Shown here in pieces: positions 7,231 through 16,752 of a stretch of DNA of 64,000 nt. Every line of letters begins with the position of its first letter. Position 1 is the stretch's first letter. Under the pieces are notes generated by a model. That model was given only the letters and a program-made list of their open reading frames with translations. It had not been told where the DNA came from and did not search any database. This stretch comes from Acidobacteriota bacterium (lineage in GTDB: Bacteria; Acidobacteriota; UBA890). Both the position numbers and the translations under genes were made by a program. The stretch is taken from assembly GCA_965214245.1 (NCBI GenBank), contig CBDCBL010000009.1, forward strand, positions 105,258-169,257. Reading direction: 5' to 3'.

Positions 7231-10200
7231 TTGTGGAAGCTCTCTAAACTCGAAATTCGCGGCTTCAAGTCCTTCGCCGATGCAGCGGAGCTCGACTTCC
7301 CCGAGGGGATTACTGCGGTCGTCGGGCCCAACGGCTGCGGCAAGAGCAATATCTCCGACGCCATTCTGTGGGTGCTCGGCGAGCAAAGCACGCGGGCGCT
7401 GCGAGCGCAGCGCATGCAGGATGTCATCTTCCAGGGCACGGCGACGCGCAAGGCCATCGGCCTCGCGGAGGTCACCCTGTTCCTGTCGAACGGCCACGCG
7501 CCGAGCGACGTCGGACGCGATCCACTGCGTGACCTCGAGGCCAGCGGCATGGCGCCGTTACCCGACGTCGTCGAAGGCAACGGTAACGATGGCGAGAAAG
7601 TGGCGGACTCCGGAAAAGGCGCCGAAAACGAGCCGGTGGCCGCTGACGGCATCGCGATCGACGCCTCGGGGGCCATCGAGGTCGACACCCGCACCGAGCT
7701 CGTCGACGATAACGAAGAACCCGCTTCATCCGCGGCGGACCACGACCCCGGCCTTCTGAAGATCACCCGCCGGCTGTACCGCTCCGGTGATTCCGAATAT
7801 CTGCTCAACGGCGACAAGTGCCGCCTGCGCGACATCCGCGATTATTTGGCCGGCACCGGGCTGGGAGCGCGTGCCTGCTTCCTGATCGGCCAGGGGAAGA
7901 TCGACCAGATCTTGTCGGCCAACTCGATGGACCGGCGCGCGCCGTTGGAGGAAGCGGCGGGTATTACGTTGTACCGGCAGCGGCGCCATCTGACACAACT
8001 CAAGTTGGAAGCAACGGCGCAGGACCTGGCGCGTATCGACGACATCTACGACGAGGTCGCCCGTCAGATGCGCAGCCTCAAGCGCCAGGCGGGCAGGGCG
8101 CGGCGCTACAAGAAACTGCGCGGCGAGCTGCGCCAGCTCGAGCGCGCCTCGCTGCACGGCGAGCTACTGGCGTCGCGGCAGAAGCTCAAGACGGTGACCG
8201 GCGGCGCGACCGGTGCGCGAGACGCCGAAAAGGCGTCGCGCAAGGCGCTGGAGGCCACCGCCAAGAAGCTGACCGAGGCACGCAATCGACTGCGCGCCAA
8301 CCGCGAGGCCGAGCAAGAGCGGCAGCAGGGGCTATACCGGAGCCAATTGGAGGAGGAGCGGCTCAACGCGGAGGCGCGACGCCAAGAGGATCGCCTGGCG
8401 TTCGCCGAAGACCGCATCGGCGAGCTCGAGAGGCGCGCCGCTGACCTCGCGGAACGCCTCGACGAGGCGGCCGGACTGCAGACGCGGCGCGAGGATGTGG
8501 CGCAGGAGGCCGTTGCCGCCGCGGAAGCTGCAAAAGAGGTCCTGGAAGGGGCACAAGAAGAGCTGGAGATGGCGCGGCGCCGGTTGCAGGGAGCGATGGC
8601 GACCATGGCACCGGGATCCGCGGAAGACGACGGTGAGCCGCGTCCGCTGTCGGCCGACCTGGTCGTCGAAGAGGACGACTTCGCGACGCTGAACCTGGCG
8701 CTCGGTGAGCTGCTTGACGTCAAGGTGCTGCCGCGCAAGGGGCTCGATCCATGGCTCGAGGAAACCTTGGACGGCAATCGACGCTCCCGGGCGCTGCGCC
8801 AGTCGCCGGGGTTCATCGAAACGCCGCCGCCGGCCGACGATCGGATTGTCGGGGCGCTACACGATCGCGTTTCAGGACGCACGAAGGTTGTCGCGGCAGT
8901 GATCCGGGCGCTGCTATGTGACACGTGGATCGTTGCCGACGCCGCCGAAGTCGTGGTGCTGGCGCAGGAGCACGCCGGGCACGCGTTCGTCGACGCCAAC
9001 GGCAGTTGCTGGGCGTGCGGCGTCGAGGTGCGGGCGCGCGGCCGGCAGGCACGTCTCATGACGCTGGAGGTCGACGAAGAGAATGCTGACGACCAGGCAC
9101 GGGATTCTGCGGCCCTTCCGGAGCCCGAGGTCACATCGCCCGAAGAGCTCGAGGCGCGCGAGAATCGTGATCGCGCCGCGACCGCAGCTCGCGCCGCGGA
9201 GGCCCAGGCAAAGGCGGCGCACCAGGAGCTGGCCGTCTCTGAGGCTGCCGGCCGCCGTCTGGAGGCCGAGCGGGAGCGTGCCACGGCGGAGATCGAAACC
9301 TTGAAGACGGCGGCGGAAGAGTCCCGCGTTCAGGTCGACACGTCGCGCCAGCAAGCCAAGGAAGCCGGCGAGAAGGGCGCGGCGCTCGAAGAAGAGCTGA
9401 AAAACTGGGTCAGCGACGATCATGCCGGTGAAGCCGAGGCCGCCGAGCTCGAGACCGTGCAGACCCAGGGACGCGCCGAACTCGAGGAAGCGCAGGAGGC
9501 ACGCTCGCAGCGTGACATCGAGGCCGCCGAGGCACGGGTCGAGGGGCAGCACCTGGATCAGCAGATCCGCGAGCGGCTCATGATGGAGCCCGACGACCTA
9601 CTGCAACAGGGTCCCGTGCTTCCTGAAGAGGAGCCGACCGAAGCCGATGCCAAGGGCGGTGCCAAGAAGAAGGCCAAGACGAAGAGCAAAAAGAAGGACG
9701 ACGTCGTCGACATCGCGGCACTCGACGCGGCGGCCCTGCGCCTCATGATTCAAGAGGTCCAGGGCAAGATCGACCGCCTCGGCCCGGTGAACCTGATGGC
9801 CTACGAGGACTTCGAGGTGCAGGAGGCGCGCTACGAGGAGCTGTCGACGCAGCGCAAAGACCTCAGAGACGCCGCCGGCAACCTCGACGACGCCATCAAG
9901 CGCATCGACGTCGACTGTATCCAGCGTTTCAACGACTGCTTCGAGGCGGTCAACGGCTATCTCAACCGCATCTTTCGCCAGCTCTTCGGCGGCGGTAAGG
10001 CGGGCATGCGGCTCGAGGATTCCGACGACCCGCTCAACACGGGCATCGAGATCTTTGCGCAACCGCCCGGGAAACGGCTGCAGAACATCCGGTTGTTGTC
10101 GGGTGGCGAGCGCACGCTGGTGGCGCTGTCGTTGCTGTTCGCCATCTTCGAGTACCGCCCGGCGGCCTTCTGCATCCTCGACGAAGCGGACGCGGCGCTC

Positions 10201-10371
10201 GACGATCCCAACATTGACCGCTTCCTGCGCGCCCTGCATTCCTTCGAGAACCGCACGCAGTTCATCCTGATCACGCACAACAAGCGGACCATGGAGATCG
10301 CCGACCTACTCTACGGCGTCACCATGCAGGAGAGCGGCGTCTCGCAGCTCGTCTCCGTACAGCTGCATTGA
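7231..10371 (+). CDS. smc: Chromosome partition protein Smc (short, 1046 aa, with an acidic low-complexity insertion in the N-terminal head)
   Basis: TTG start. The sequence runs KLSKLEIRGFKSFAD...VVGPNGCGKSNISDAILWVLGEQS (Walker A), ...RRLYRSGDSEYLLNG..., long coiled coils, then C-terminal LSGGERTLVALSLLFAIF...CILDEADAALD (signature/Walker B). Confidence 0.9.
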   Translation: MWKLSKLEIRGFKSFADAAELDFPEGITAVVGPNGCGKSNISDAILWVLGEQSTRALRAQRMQDVIFQGTATRKAIGLAEVTLFLSNGHAPSDVGRDPLRDLEASGMAPLPDVVEGNGNDGEKVADSGKGAENEPVAADGIAIDASGAIEVDTRTELVDDNEEPASSAADHDPGLLKITRRLYRSGDSEYLLNGDKCRLRDIRDYLAGTGLGARACFLIGQGKIDQILSANSMDRRAPLEEAAGITLYRQRRHLTQLKLEATAQDLARIDDIYDEVARQMRSLKRQAGRARRYKKLRGELRQLERASLHGELLASRQKLKTVTGGATGARDAEKASRKALEATAKKLTEARNRLRANREAEQERQQGLYRSQLEEERLNAEARRQEDRLAFAEDRIGELERRAADLAERLDEAAGLQTRREDVAQEAVAAAEAAKEVLEGAQEELEMARRRLQGAMATMAPGSAEDDGEPRPLSADLVVEEDDFATLNLALGELLDVKVLPRKGLDPWLEETLDGNRRSRALRQSPGFIETPPPADDRIVGALHDRVSGRTKVVAAVIRALLCDTWIVADAAEVVVLAQEHAGHAFVDANGSCWACGVEVRARGRQARLMTLEVDEENADDQARDSAALPEPEVTSPEELEARENRDRAATAARAAEAQAKAAHQELAVSEAAGRRLEAERERATAEIETLKTAAEESRVQVDTSRQQAKEAGEKGAALEEELKNWVSDDHAGEAEAAELETVQTQGRAELEEAQEARSQRDIEAAEARVEGQHLDQQIRERLMMEPDDLLQQGPVLPEEEPTEADAKGGAKKKAKTKSKKKDDVVDIAALDAAALRLMIQEVQGKIDRLGPVNLMAYEDFEVQEARYEELSTQRKDLRDAAGNLDDAIKRIDVDCIQRFNDCFEAVNGYLNRIFRQLFGGGKAGMRLEDSDDPLNTGIEIFAQPPGKRLQNIRLLSGGERTLVALSLLFAIFEYRPAAFCILDEADAALDDPNIDRFLRALHSFENRTQFILITHNKRTMEIADLLYGVTMQESGVSQLVSVQLH

Positions 10372-10549
10372 CGACAGCAATCCACCGGCTTTGCTCCCGG
10401 CGCTCTTCATCGGATGCTCGGCTTCACAAACGCCGGTGAGCGTTGTCGTTGAGACGATGCCGGTAAACAAGTAGCGTTGTGGCGATCGACGACCTTCCGT
10501 AGGCGTCACGACTCAACGAATCCGGAACACGGACAGAGGGAGCACGACC

Positions 10550-11782
10550 ATGACCGATCCATTCCTGTCGCGGCGACGATTCATCGGCAGTACGGGAGCG
10601 GCGGCGGCTGCCGGGCTCTGGGCACCGCGGTCGGTGCGAGCGGGCACGACGACCGAAGCAGCGCCCCACCCGGAGGTAGGCACGTCGAAATGGGACCTGG
10701 ACACGCCTACCCTCTGCGTCGATCTCGCCAAGCTCGAGCAGAATCTGGCCACCATGCAGGAGACGGTGACCCGTAACGGCATCGCGAGCCGCCCGCATGC
10801 GAAGACCCATAAGTGCCCGGCAATCGCGCGCCTGCAGATCGCCAGCGGCGCACTCGGCATCTGTACCGCGAAAGTCAGCGAAGCCGAAGTCATGTTCGAG
10901 TACGGCATCGACGATATTCTCCTCACGACCAGCAACGTCACGGCGACCAAGATCCGGCGGGCAACGAATCTGCGGAAGCAGTGTCCCGGCTTTATTCAGG
11001 CGACCTATAGCGAACGAAATGCCCGTGCTTTGTCGGAGGCGGCCGGGGCCGCGGGGCTCGTCGCCGACGTGGTCGTCGACGTCGACCCCGGCGGGCATCG
11101 CACCGGGATTCCACCCGGCGAGCCCGCGCTGGATCTGGCACAGCTCATCGACAGCCTGCCACACCTGCGGCTCCGCGGGATGCTCTGCTACGACGGCGGC
11201 ATACAGCATGTGGCGGGATTCGGGACGCGACGCACTCGGGCGATCGAGCGGATGTCGGACGCCGCCGAAACATGCGCCATGATGGCCCGCGCCGGGCTCG
11301 ACACCAGCATCTTCAGCGGCGGAGGAACGGGCACCTACAACATCGACCATGAAACGCCGGGGTTCACGGACGTGCAGTGCGGCAGCTACGTCTTCATGGA
11401 CGCCCAGTACCTGGGAATCGGTGGACGTGACGACCCCGACACTTATACCGACTTCGCGCCCTCACTCACGATCCTTACGACCGTCCTCACTTCCCGGTAC
11501 GAGGGCCGCGCGACCACGGACGCCGGCGCGAAGGCGTGCTCGATCAACCGCCCCTGGTCGATCATCGCGGGCGAGACGGGCATGGAATATCGCAGTGGGT
11601 CGGATGAATTCGGCACGATCATCTACGATGACCCGAGCCGAACGTATCGCGCCGGCGACATGGCCGAGCTCATCGTCTCGCACTGCGACCCGGTCGTGAA
11701 CCTGTACGACCAGATGTACGCGATCCGCGACGACCGCGTCGAAGCCGTGTGGCCGATCGCCGCGCGCGGCCGGAGCCAGTGA
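10550..11782 (+). CDS. DSD1-family PLP enzyme (D-threonine aldolase / D-serine dehydratase-like) with a twin-arginine signal
   Basis: The N-terminus MTDPFLSRRRFIGSTGAAAAAGLWAP is a Tat motif (S-R-R-x-F-I-G). It has the PLP-lysine motif RPHAKTHKCP and an alanine-racemase-N-like fold followed by a C-terminal D-serine-dehydratase-like domain (...HCDPVVNLYD...). Confidence 0.8.
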   Translation: MTDPFLSRRRFIGSTGAAAAAGLWAPRSVRAGTTTEAAPHPEVGTSKWDLDTPTLCVDLAKLEQNLATMQETVTRNGIASRPHAKTHKCPAIARLQIASGALGICTAKVSEAEVMFEYGIDDILLTTSNVTATKIRRATNLRKQCPGFIQATYSERNARALSEAAGAAGLVADVVVDVDPGGHRTGIPPGEPALDLAQLIDSLPHLRLRGMLCYDGGIQHVAGFGTRRTRAIERMSDAAETCAMMARAGLDTSIFSGGGTGTYNIDHETPGFTDVQCGSYVFMDAQYLGIGGRDDPDTYTDFAPSLTILTTVLTSRYEGRATTDAGAKACSINRPWSIIAGETGMEYRSGSDEFGTIIYDDPSRTYRAGDMAELIVSHCDPVVNLYDQMYAIRDDRVEAVWPIAARGRSQ

Positions 11783-11881
11783 ACCGGCCCACGCCGGTGA
11801 CCGCCGGACCACCTGGCTAGGGTTGAAGCAAAGGGTCCCGGGGGGCGGTAAAAACACGGTGCGGGCGATCCAGGGTGAGGG

Positions 11882-13231
11882 GTGACTGAGCAATCGGGCC
11901 TCGGGGCGTTTCTCGACAAGACGTTTGCTGTCACTGAGTCTGGCGGGACCCTGGCCGGTGAGTTTCGGGGTGGTGCCACTACGTTCGTGACGATGGCGTA
12001 CATCGTCGTGGTCAACGCCGGGATCCTGTCGAGCGCCGGCATCCCCTTTCAGTCCGCGGTGTTCGCGACCTGCGCGGCAGCTGCGGTGGGGACCGTGTTG
12101 ATGGCGTGGTGGGCACGCTACCCGATTGCTCTGGCCCCGGGCATGGGGCTCAACGCCTACTTCGCTTTTTCGGTGGTTCCGGTGGCGGCGACACTGGGGT
12201 CGGGAGCGCCCGATGAGCGCGTCTGGCGCATCGGTCTGGGGCTTGTCGGCTGGTCGGGCCTGCTGTTCGTGCTCGCCACGGCCGTGCAGCTACGGCGTCA
12301 CATCATGCGCGCCATCCCCGTCTCTTTGAAGCTTGCCGTATCAGCGGGGATCGGCTTGTTCATTGCCATGCTCGGGTTGCGCAGCGCCGGCATCATCGTC
12401 GCCGATTCCGCGACGCTCGTCGGCCTCGGTGACCTCAGCGCTCCCGGAACGTGAATCGCCTGGGCCGGCTTGCTGGTTACCGGCGGCTTGCTGGTGCGCA
12501 ACATCCGTGGTGCGCTGCTGCTCGGCATGCTCGCCACCACGGTGCTGGCGCTCCTTGCGGGACAGACCGCGTTACCGTCGAACTGGGTGGCGTTGCCGGC
12601 AGCCTCGCAAACGTTCCTGAAGTGGGATCTCTGGGGAGCGCTGGATTGGCGCTTCATCGACCTGGTGGTGGTGCTCCTGTTCGTCGATTTCTTCGACACC
12701 ATGGGAACGCTCGTCGGCGTTGGCGTGCAGGGTGGTTTTATGGATCAAAACGGCCAGCTTCCCCGCGACAACCGGGCGATGACGGCCGACGCTGCCGCGA
12801 CTGTCATAGGTGCCGGCCTGGGTACATCGCCGGTGACCGCCTACATCGAAAGCGCCGCCGGGATCGCCGCCGGGGCGCGAACCGGCCTCGCCAACATGGT
12901 GGTGGCGGCAGGCTTCATCGGCGCCATGTTCTTCGCCCCGGGGCTCGAAGCCGTTTCCGCATTCGCCACCGCCCCGGCGCTGATCGTCGTCGGCGCGCTG
13001 ATGGCCCGCGGCCTCGGCAACATAGACTGGGACGAGCGCAGCGAGAGCCTGGCGGCGTTCGTCACGGCGATCGCCATACCGCTCACCTTCAGCATCTTGG
13101 ACGGCATTGCCCTCGGTATCCTGACCTACCTGGGCACCAAACTCATCGGTGGCCAGGGGCGCGACGTTTCGTGGACGATGTGGGGACTCGGGGTGATTTT
13201 CTTGCTCCGCTACCTGCTGATCCCGAATTGA
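11882..13231 (+). pseudogene. NCS2-family purine permease (AzgA/PbuG-like) interrupted by one in-frame TGA at 12452-12454
   Basis: The N-half is ...TLAGEFRGGATTFVTMAYIVVVNAGIL...ALAPGMGLNAYFAFSVV.... The C-half is ...FFDTMGTLVGV...TSPVTAYIESAAGIAAGARTGL.... ORFs 11882..12454 and 12470..13231 are in the same reading frame. Confidence 0.8.
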
Positions 13232-14067
13232 GCATGACCATCGCCCGCTCGGAGATTCGCGGGAGCTGGTGGACTGGCGGCGAACGCTTCGGCGATCGCG
13301 TGCAGCGACGCCAGAGCGGCGCCGAAGTCGCAGCCAGCGGCTTTCACCTCCCGATAATGATGCAGCGGTCGCAGCCAAGCCCTCGATGTAATCAGCGCCC
13401 ACAGCAGCCGGCGGCGATGCACGCTGCCGTCTTCCTTGAGCATCCAGGCGCGCCGGCCGTGCTGCTTGCCGCCGCCGGGAAGGTCGCGGTTGGCGTGATC
13501 CGAGACGACGCGCACGGCGGCGAACGGCACGTCGGCAGTGGCGGCGATATCGGCCCAACGGCCTCCCTCCATTTCGACCAAGTGCGCGCCCGTGTCGGCG
13601 TGCAGCCGGTCGCGCTGGTCCGCGTCGTGCAACGGCCTCTCCACGGTGACCGCAGTCGCCGAGGACCAGGAAATTCCCGCCGCATCGAGAATCTCGACGA
13701 GCTGTCGCGACAATGCCGGGTCGACGCCGGCCGCCCGATTGTGCGGCTCGTCCGGATGCAGCCAGTGCTCCACGAGCCACGTCGACCCGGAGCGCAGATC
13801 GGGATGGAGGGCGCCGGCGATGCCTACGTTTATGGCGGCTGCCGGGCGCAGGCGGGACAGCGCGGCGGCGAAGACGGCGTCGGCCGGCGGTCCCATACCG
13901 GCAGCGAGCAAGCCGATGCAGCGATCGGCATGTTCCACCTGGACGAGCTCGCCAATCAGCTCTGTTGCGCCGAGGCGAGTGGCAAAGGGCCACAGCTCGA
14001 CGGGCGCGGCGGCGGCGATCAACAGGTCGAGTCCGTGTTCGCTTCTGTTCGTGACACCGTTCTCCAT
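13210..14067 (-). CDS. PNP_UDP_1-family nucleosidase/phosphorylase (futalosine hydrolase / MTA nucleosidase-like) with a C-terminal extension
   Basis: It contains ...LLIAAAAPVEL...INVGIAGAL...HLVEMEGGRWA...PFAAVRVVSDHAN, the nucleoside phosphorylase family pattern. Specificity is not assignable by eye. It overlaps the permease 3-prime end by 22 nt in convergent orientation. Confidence 0.6.
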   Translation of the reverse strand: MENGVTNRSEHGLDLLIAAAAPVELWPFATRLGATELIGELVQVEHADRCIGLLAAGMGPPADAVFAAALSRLRPAAAINVGIAGALHPDLRSGSTWLVEHWLHPDEPHNRAAGVDPALSRQLVEILDAAGISWSSATAVTVERPLHDADQRDRLHADTGAHLVEMEGGRWADIAATADVPFAAVRVVSDHANRDLPGGGKQHGRRAWMLKEDGSVHRRRLLWALITSRAWLRPLHHYREVKAAGCDFGAALASLHAIAEAFAASPPAPANLRAGDGHAQFGISR

Positions 14068-14090
14068 GACGCCGATTGTAGCGGCTTCCG

Positions 14091-16193
14091 ATGAGCTCTA
14101 TTCGCCTCGAAGGTTCGGTGCAGCGCATCCCGGGCGTCGGTCCGGCGCGGGCGCGGCGGTTCGCCGAAGCCGGTATCGAGACGGTGGAGGACCTGCTGCT
14201 GTACCTGCCGTTTCGCTACGAAGACCGGTCGTCGGTCATTGAGATCGGGGCGGTGCAGCCCGGTGAGACTTGTGTGCTCCGTGTGGAGGTCGTGCGCTGC
14301 CGGCTGGCCCGCCGGGGGCGGCGAGGACGGGCCGAGGCGCGGGTTCGCGACGCGTCCGGTGAGCTGGACGTCGTCTGGTTCGGCCAGCCCTACATCGCCA
14401 ACTCCATCGCTGCCGGCGATCCTCTGTGGATGTTCGGCCGTGTCGGATCCTACGAAGATGCGCCGCACCTCGTAAACCCGGTGATCGAACGGGACGAGGC
14501 GGGCGTTGACGGGACAGCCGACGCCGGCCTGCACGTCGGCGGCCTGGTGCCGATCTATCGCCGCGTCGGCAAGCTGACGCCCGGCGTCCTGCGACGCATC
14601 GTCACGGCCGCCTTCGTCGGGCTCGAGAGTGCGAAGGAGCACCTGCCGGCGCCGACGGTGGAGCGCCTCGGCTTGATCGATCGAGACACGGCGCTGCAAC
14701 AGGTGCATCAACCGCCGGCCGATGCCGACCCCGAGATCTGGAACGGGGCACGGTCCGACGCGCACCGTCGCCTCATCTGCGACGAATTCTTGGCCTTTCA
14801 GACGGCGCTGCTGATGCAAAGGCGGCGCATCGAAGGCGGCGCACGAGGCATTTCCTTTGGCGTGGATTCCGCCACGCTGCAGGAGGTCTTGGCGCCGCTG
14901 CCGTTCACCTTGACAGCGGGCCAGGAGCGGGCGCTGAACGAAATCATCGCCGACATGTCCGGCGCCGCGCCGATGCACCGCCTGCTGCAGGGGGATGTCG
15001 GTTGCGGCAAGACGGCAGTTGCCGGCGCGGCGCTGATGCTGGCCGCGCGCAATGGCTACCAAGCCACAATCATGGCGCCGACCGAAATCTTGGCCCGACA
15101 GCACGTCGAGAATCTCGGTGCGTGGGCGAGCCAGCTGGGCATCTGCGTGGAATGCCTGGTGGGCGGGCAGGGGAGCCGCGAGCGGGCCCGGGTTATGGAT
15201 GCAGTGCGATCGGGCTCCGCTACGATCGTTGTCGGTACCCACGCGCTCATCGAGCCGGCCGTCGAATTTCACCGGCTGGGGCTGGTAGTTGTCGATGAGC
15301 AGCATCGCTTCGGCGTGCGCCAGCGCGCCGCTCTGGCGCGAAAGGGAGGCCCAGGGCCGGCGCCGCCGGACCTGCTGGTCATGTCCGCGACGCCGATTCC
15401 GCGTTCGCTGGCGCTAACGGCATACGGCGACCTGGATCTGTGCACCATCGACGACATGCCCCCGGGACGCCGCCCTGTCGAAACGCGCGTCGTGGCGGCC
15501 GAGAAATGGGGCGACGTCCTGCAGGTGGTTCGCCGAACCGTGGACCGCGGCGAACAGGTGTATGTGGTGGCACCACGCATCGAGGACGCCGAGGATGAAA
15601 CGGGAGCGGCGGTTCTCCTCGAGGCCGACCTGCAGCGTCAGTTGCCCGGAGCTCGTATCGGCTTGCTACACGGGGCCCAGACGACGGGGGACAAGGCCGC
15701 CGCGATGGGCGCGTTCGTGGTCGGCGACACCGACGTACTGGCGGCGACAACGGTGGTCGAGGTGGGGGTCGATGTCCCCAACGCGTCGCTGATGGTAGTT
15801 GGTCACGCCGAGCGCTTCGGCCTCGCCCAGCTCCACCAGCTACGCGGCCGGGTAGGGCGCGGTACGCGCCGCGGACAATGCATCTTGATCGCGCACCAGC
15901 CGTTATCGTCCGTCGCCGGGGCGCGGCTGAGCGCGGTGCGCGACAGCCATGACGGCTTCGTGTTGGCCGAGAAGGACCTTGCGTTGCGTGGTCCGGGAGA
16001 GGTGCTGGGTACCCGCCAGGCCGGCGTCGCCGGGCTGCGCGTCGGTGATCCTGTCCGTGACCACGAGTGGCTCGAGGCGGCGCGCCAGGAAAGTGCCCGG
16101 CTGGTCGTTGCGGAAGATACGGCCAGCATCGCCTATCGTAAGCATGTGTCGTGGTTTTGGGAGCGACGTTTCGTGAACTTCAGGGCCGGTTGA
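14091..16193 (+). CDS. recG: ATP-dependent DNA helicase RecG
   Basis: ...IPGVGPARARRFAEAGIETVEDLLLYLPFRYEDRS..., wedge domain, LLQGDVGCGKTAVA (Walker A), VVDEQHRFGV (DEQH), ...LHQLRGRVGRG... Confidence 0.95.
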   Translation: MSSIRLEGSVQRIPGVGPARARRFAEAGIETVEDLLLYLPFRYEDRSSVIEIGAVQPGETCVLRVEVVRCRLARRGRRGRAEARVRDASGELDVVWFGQPYIANSIAAGDPLWMFGRVGSYEDAPHLVNPVIERDEAGVDGTADAGLHVGGLVPIYRRVGKLTPGVLRRIVTAAFVGLESAKEHLPAPTVERLGLIDRDTALQQVHQPPADADPEIWNGARSDAHRRLICDEFLAFQTALLMQRRRIEGGARGISFGVDSATLQEVLAPLPFTLTAGQERALNEIIADMSGAAPMHRLLQGDVGCGKTAVAGAALMLAARNGYQATIMAPTEILARQHVENLGAWASQLGICVECLVGGQGSRERARVMDAVRSGSATIVVGTHALIEPAVEFHRLGLVVVDEQHRFGVRQRAALARKGGPGPAPPDLLVMSATPIPRSLALTAYGDLDLCTIDDMPPGRRPVETRVVAAEKWGDVLQVVRRTVDRGEQVYVVAPRIEDAEDETGAAVLLEADLQRQLPGARIGLLHGAQTTGDKAAAMGAFVVGDTDVLAATTVVEVGVDVPNASLMVVGHAERFGLAQLHQLRGRVGRGTRRGQCILIAHQPLSSVAGARLSAVRDSHDGFVLAEKDLALRGPGEVLGTRQAGVAGLRVGDPVRDHEWLEAARQESARLVVAEDTASIAYRKHVSWFWERRFVNFRAG

Positions 16194-16197
16194 GCTC

Positions 16198-16752
16198 ATG
16201 CGGGTGATTGCCGGAAGCGCCAAGGGCCGCCGCCTCGAGATGCCCCCCGCAGCGGGCGTAAGGCCGACCTCTGATCGAGCCCGCGAGACGCTGTTCAACG
16301 TGCTGGGCGCCGATGTCGCAGAAGCGTGGCTCCTGGATGCATTCGCCGGCGCCGGAGCGGTCGGCATCGAGGCGCTCAGCCGTGGTGCGCGCGCCGTTAC
16401 CTTCGTCGAGCGCAACCGCCGCGTCGCGGCCGTGCTACGCGGCAACGTGGAAACCTGCAGTTTCAGTGCACGCGCAAGCGTCCTCGTTGCCGACTGGCAC
16501 GCAGCGCTGCGCCGGCTCGGCAAGGATGGCGCCGCGTTCGATCTGGCGTTCTTCGATCCGCCGTATGACTGGAATGAAGCCGGCCGCTGTCTCGAGGCGC
16601 TGGACAAATACAGCCTCCTGGCAGGTGGTGGCAGGGTGATCCTCGAGCACCGCGAACAGACGTCGCCCGAGGCGCCGCAAGGCTGGTGCTCGGTCCGCCG
16701 CGTTGACGTCGGCGATACCGCCTTCTCCATCTTCACGGCCGATCGACCCTGA
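16198..16752 (+). CDS. rsmD: 16S rRNA (guanine966-N2)-methyltransferase RsmD
   Basis: MRVIAGSAKGRRL...RPTSDRARETLFNVL...LDAFAGAGAVGIEALSRGA...FFDPPY. Confidence 0.9.
   Translation: MRVIAGSAKGRRLEMPPAAGVRPTSDRARETLFNVLGADVAEAWLLDAFAGAGAVGIEALSRGARAVTFVERNRRVAAVLRGNVETCSFSARASVLVADWHAALRRLGKDGAAFDLAFFDPPYDWNEAGRCLEALDKYSLLAGGGRVILEHREQTSPEAPQGWCSVRRVDVGDTAFSIFTADRP

Noticed and set aside
8106-9284. A 392-aa minus-strand ORF inside smc. There are similar long antisense or off-frame ORFs elsewhere: 12451..14094 (+), 12572..14128 (-), 14019..15305 (-), 20676..21686 (-), 31481..33016 (-), 41366..42415 (-), 46175..47644 (-), 57799..59100 (-), 38331..39398 (-) and 60046..60981 (-).
   Set aside because: All are Arg/Ser/Ala/Pro/Gly-rich and motif-free. 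They overlap confidently identified genes on the other strand or frame, and several span unrelated gene junctions. This is consistent with stop-codon depletion in GC-rich sequence.
11783-11881. A possible purine riboswitch upstream of the purine permease, and a possible cobalamin riboswitch upstream of the B12 mutase (38232-38354).
   Set aside because: By eye, neither leader shows the conserved cores (purine three-way junction with the U/C discriminator context; the B12 box). Both are short and GC-rich. A covariance-model scan (Rfam/Infernal) would be the decisive test.
12452-12454. The TGA in the NCS2 permease interpreted as selenocysteine or as evidence for an alternative genetic code.
   Set aside because: Many genes in the window clearly terminate at TGA, including the ATGA/GTGA coupled junctions. 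I see no SECIS-like stem-loop immediately downstream, and a Sec residue in a permease TM/loop has no precedent known to me. A nonsense mutation or a sequencing error is more parsimonious.
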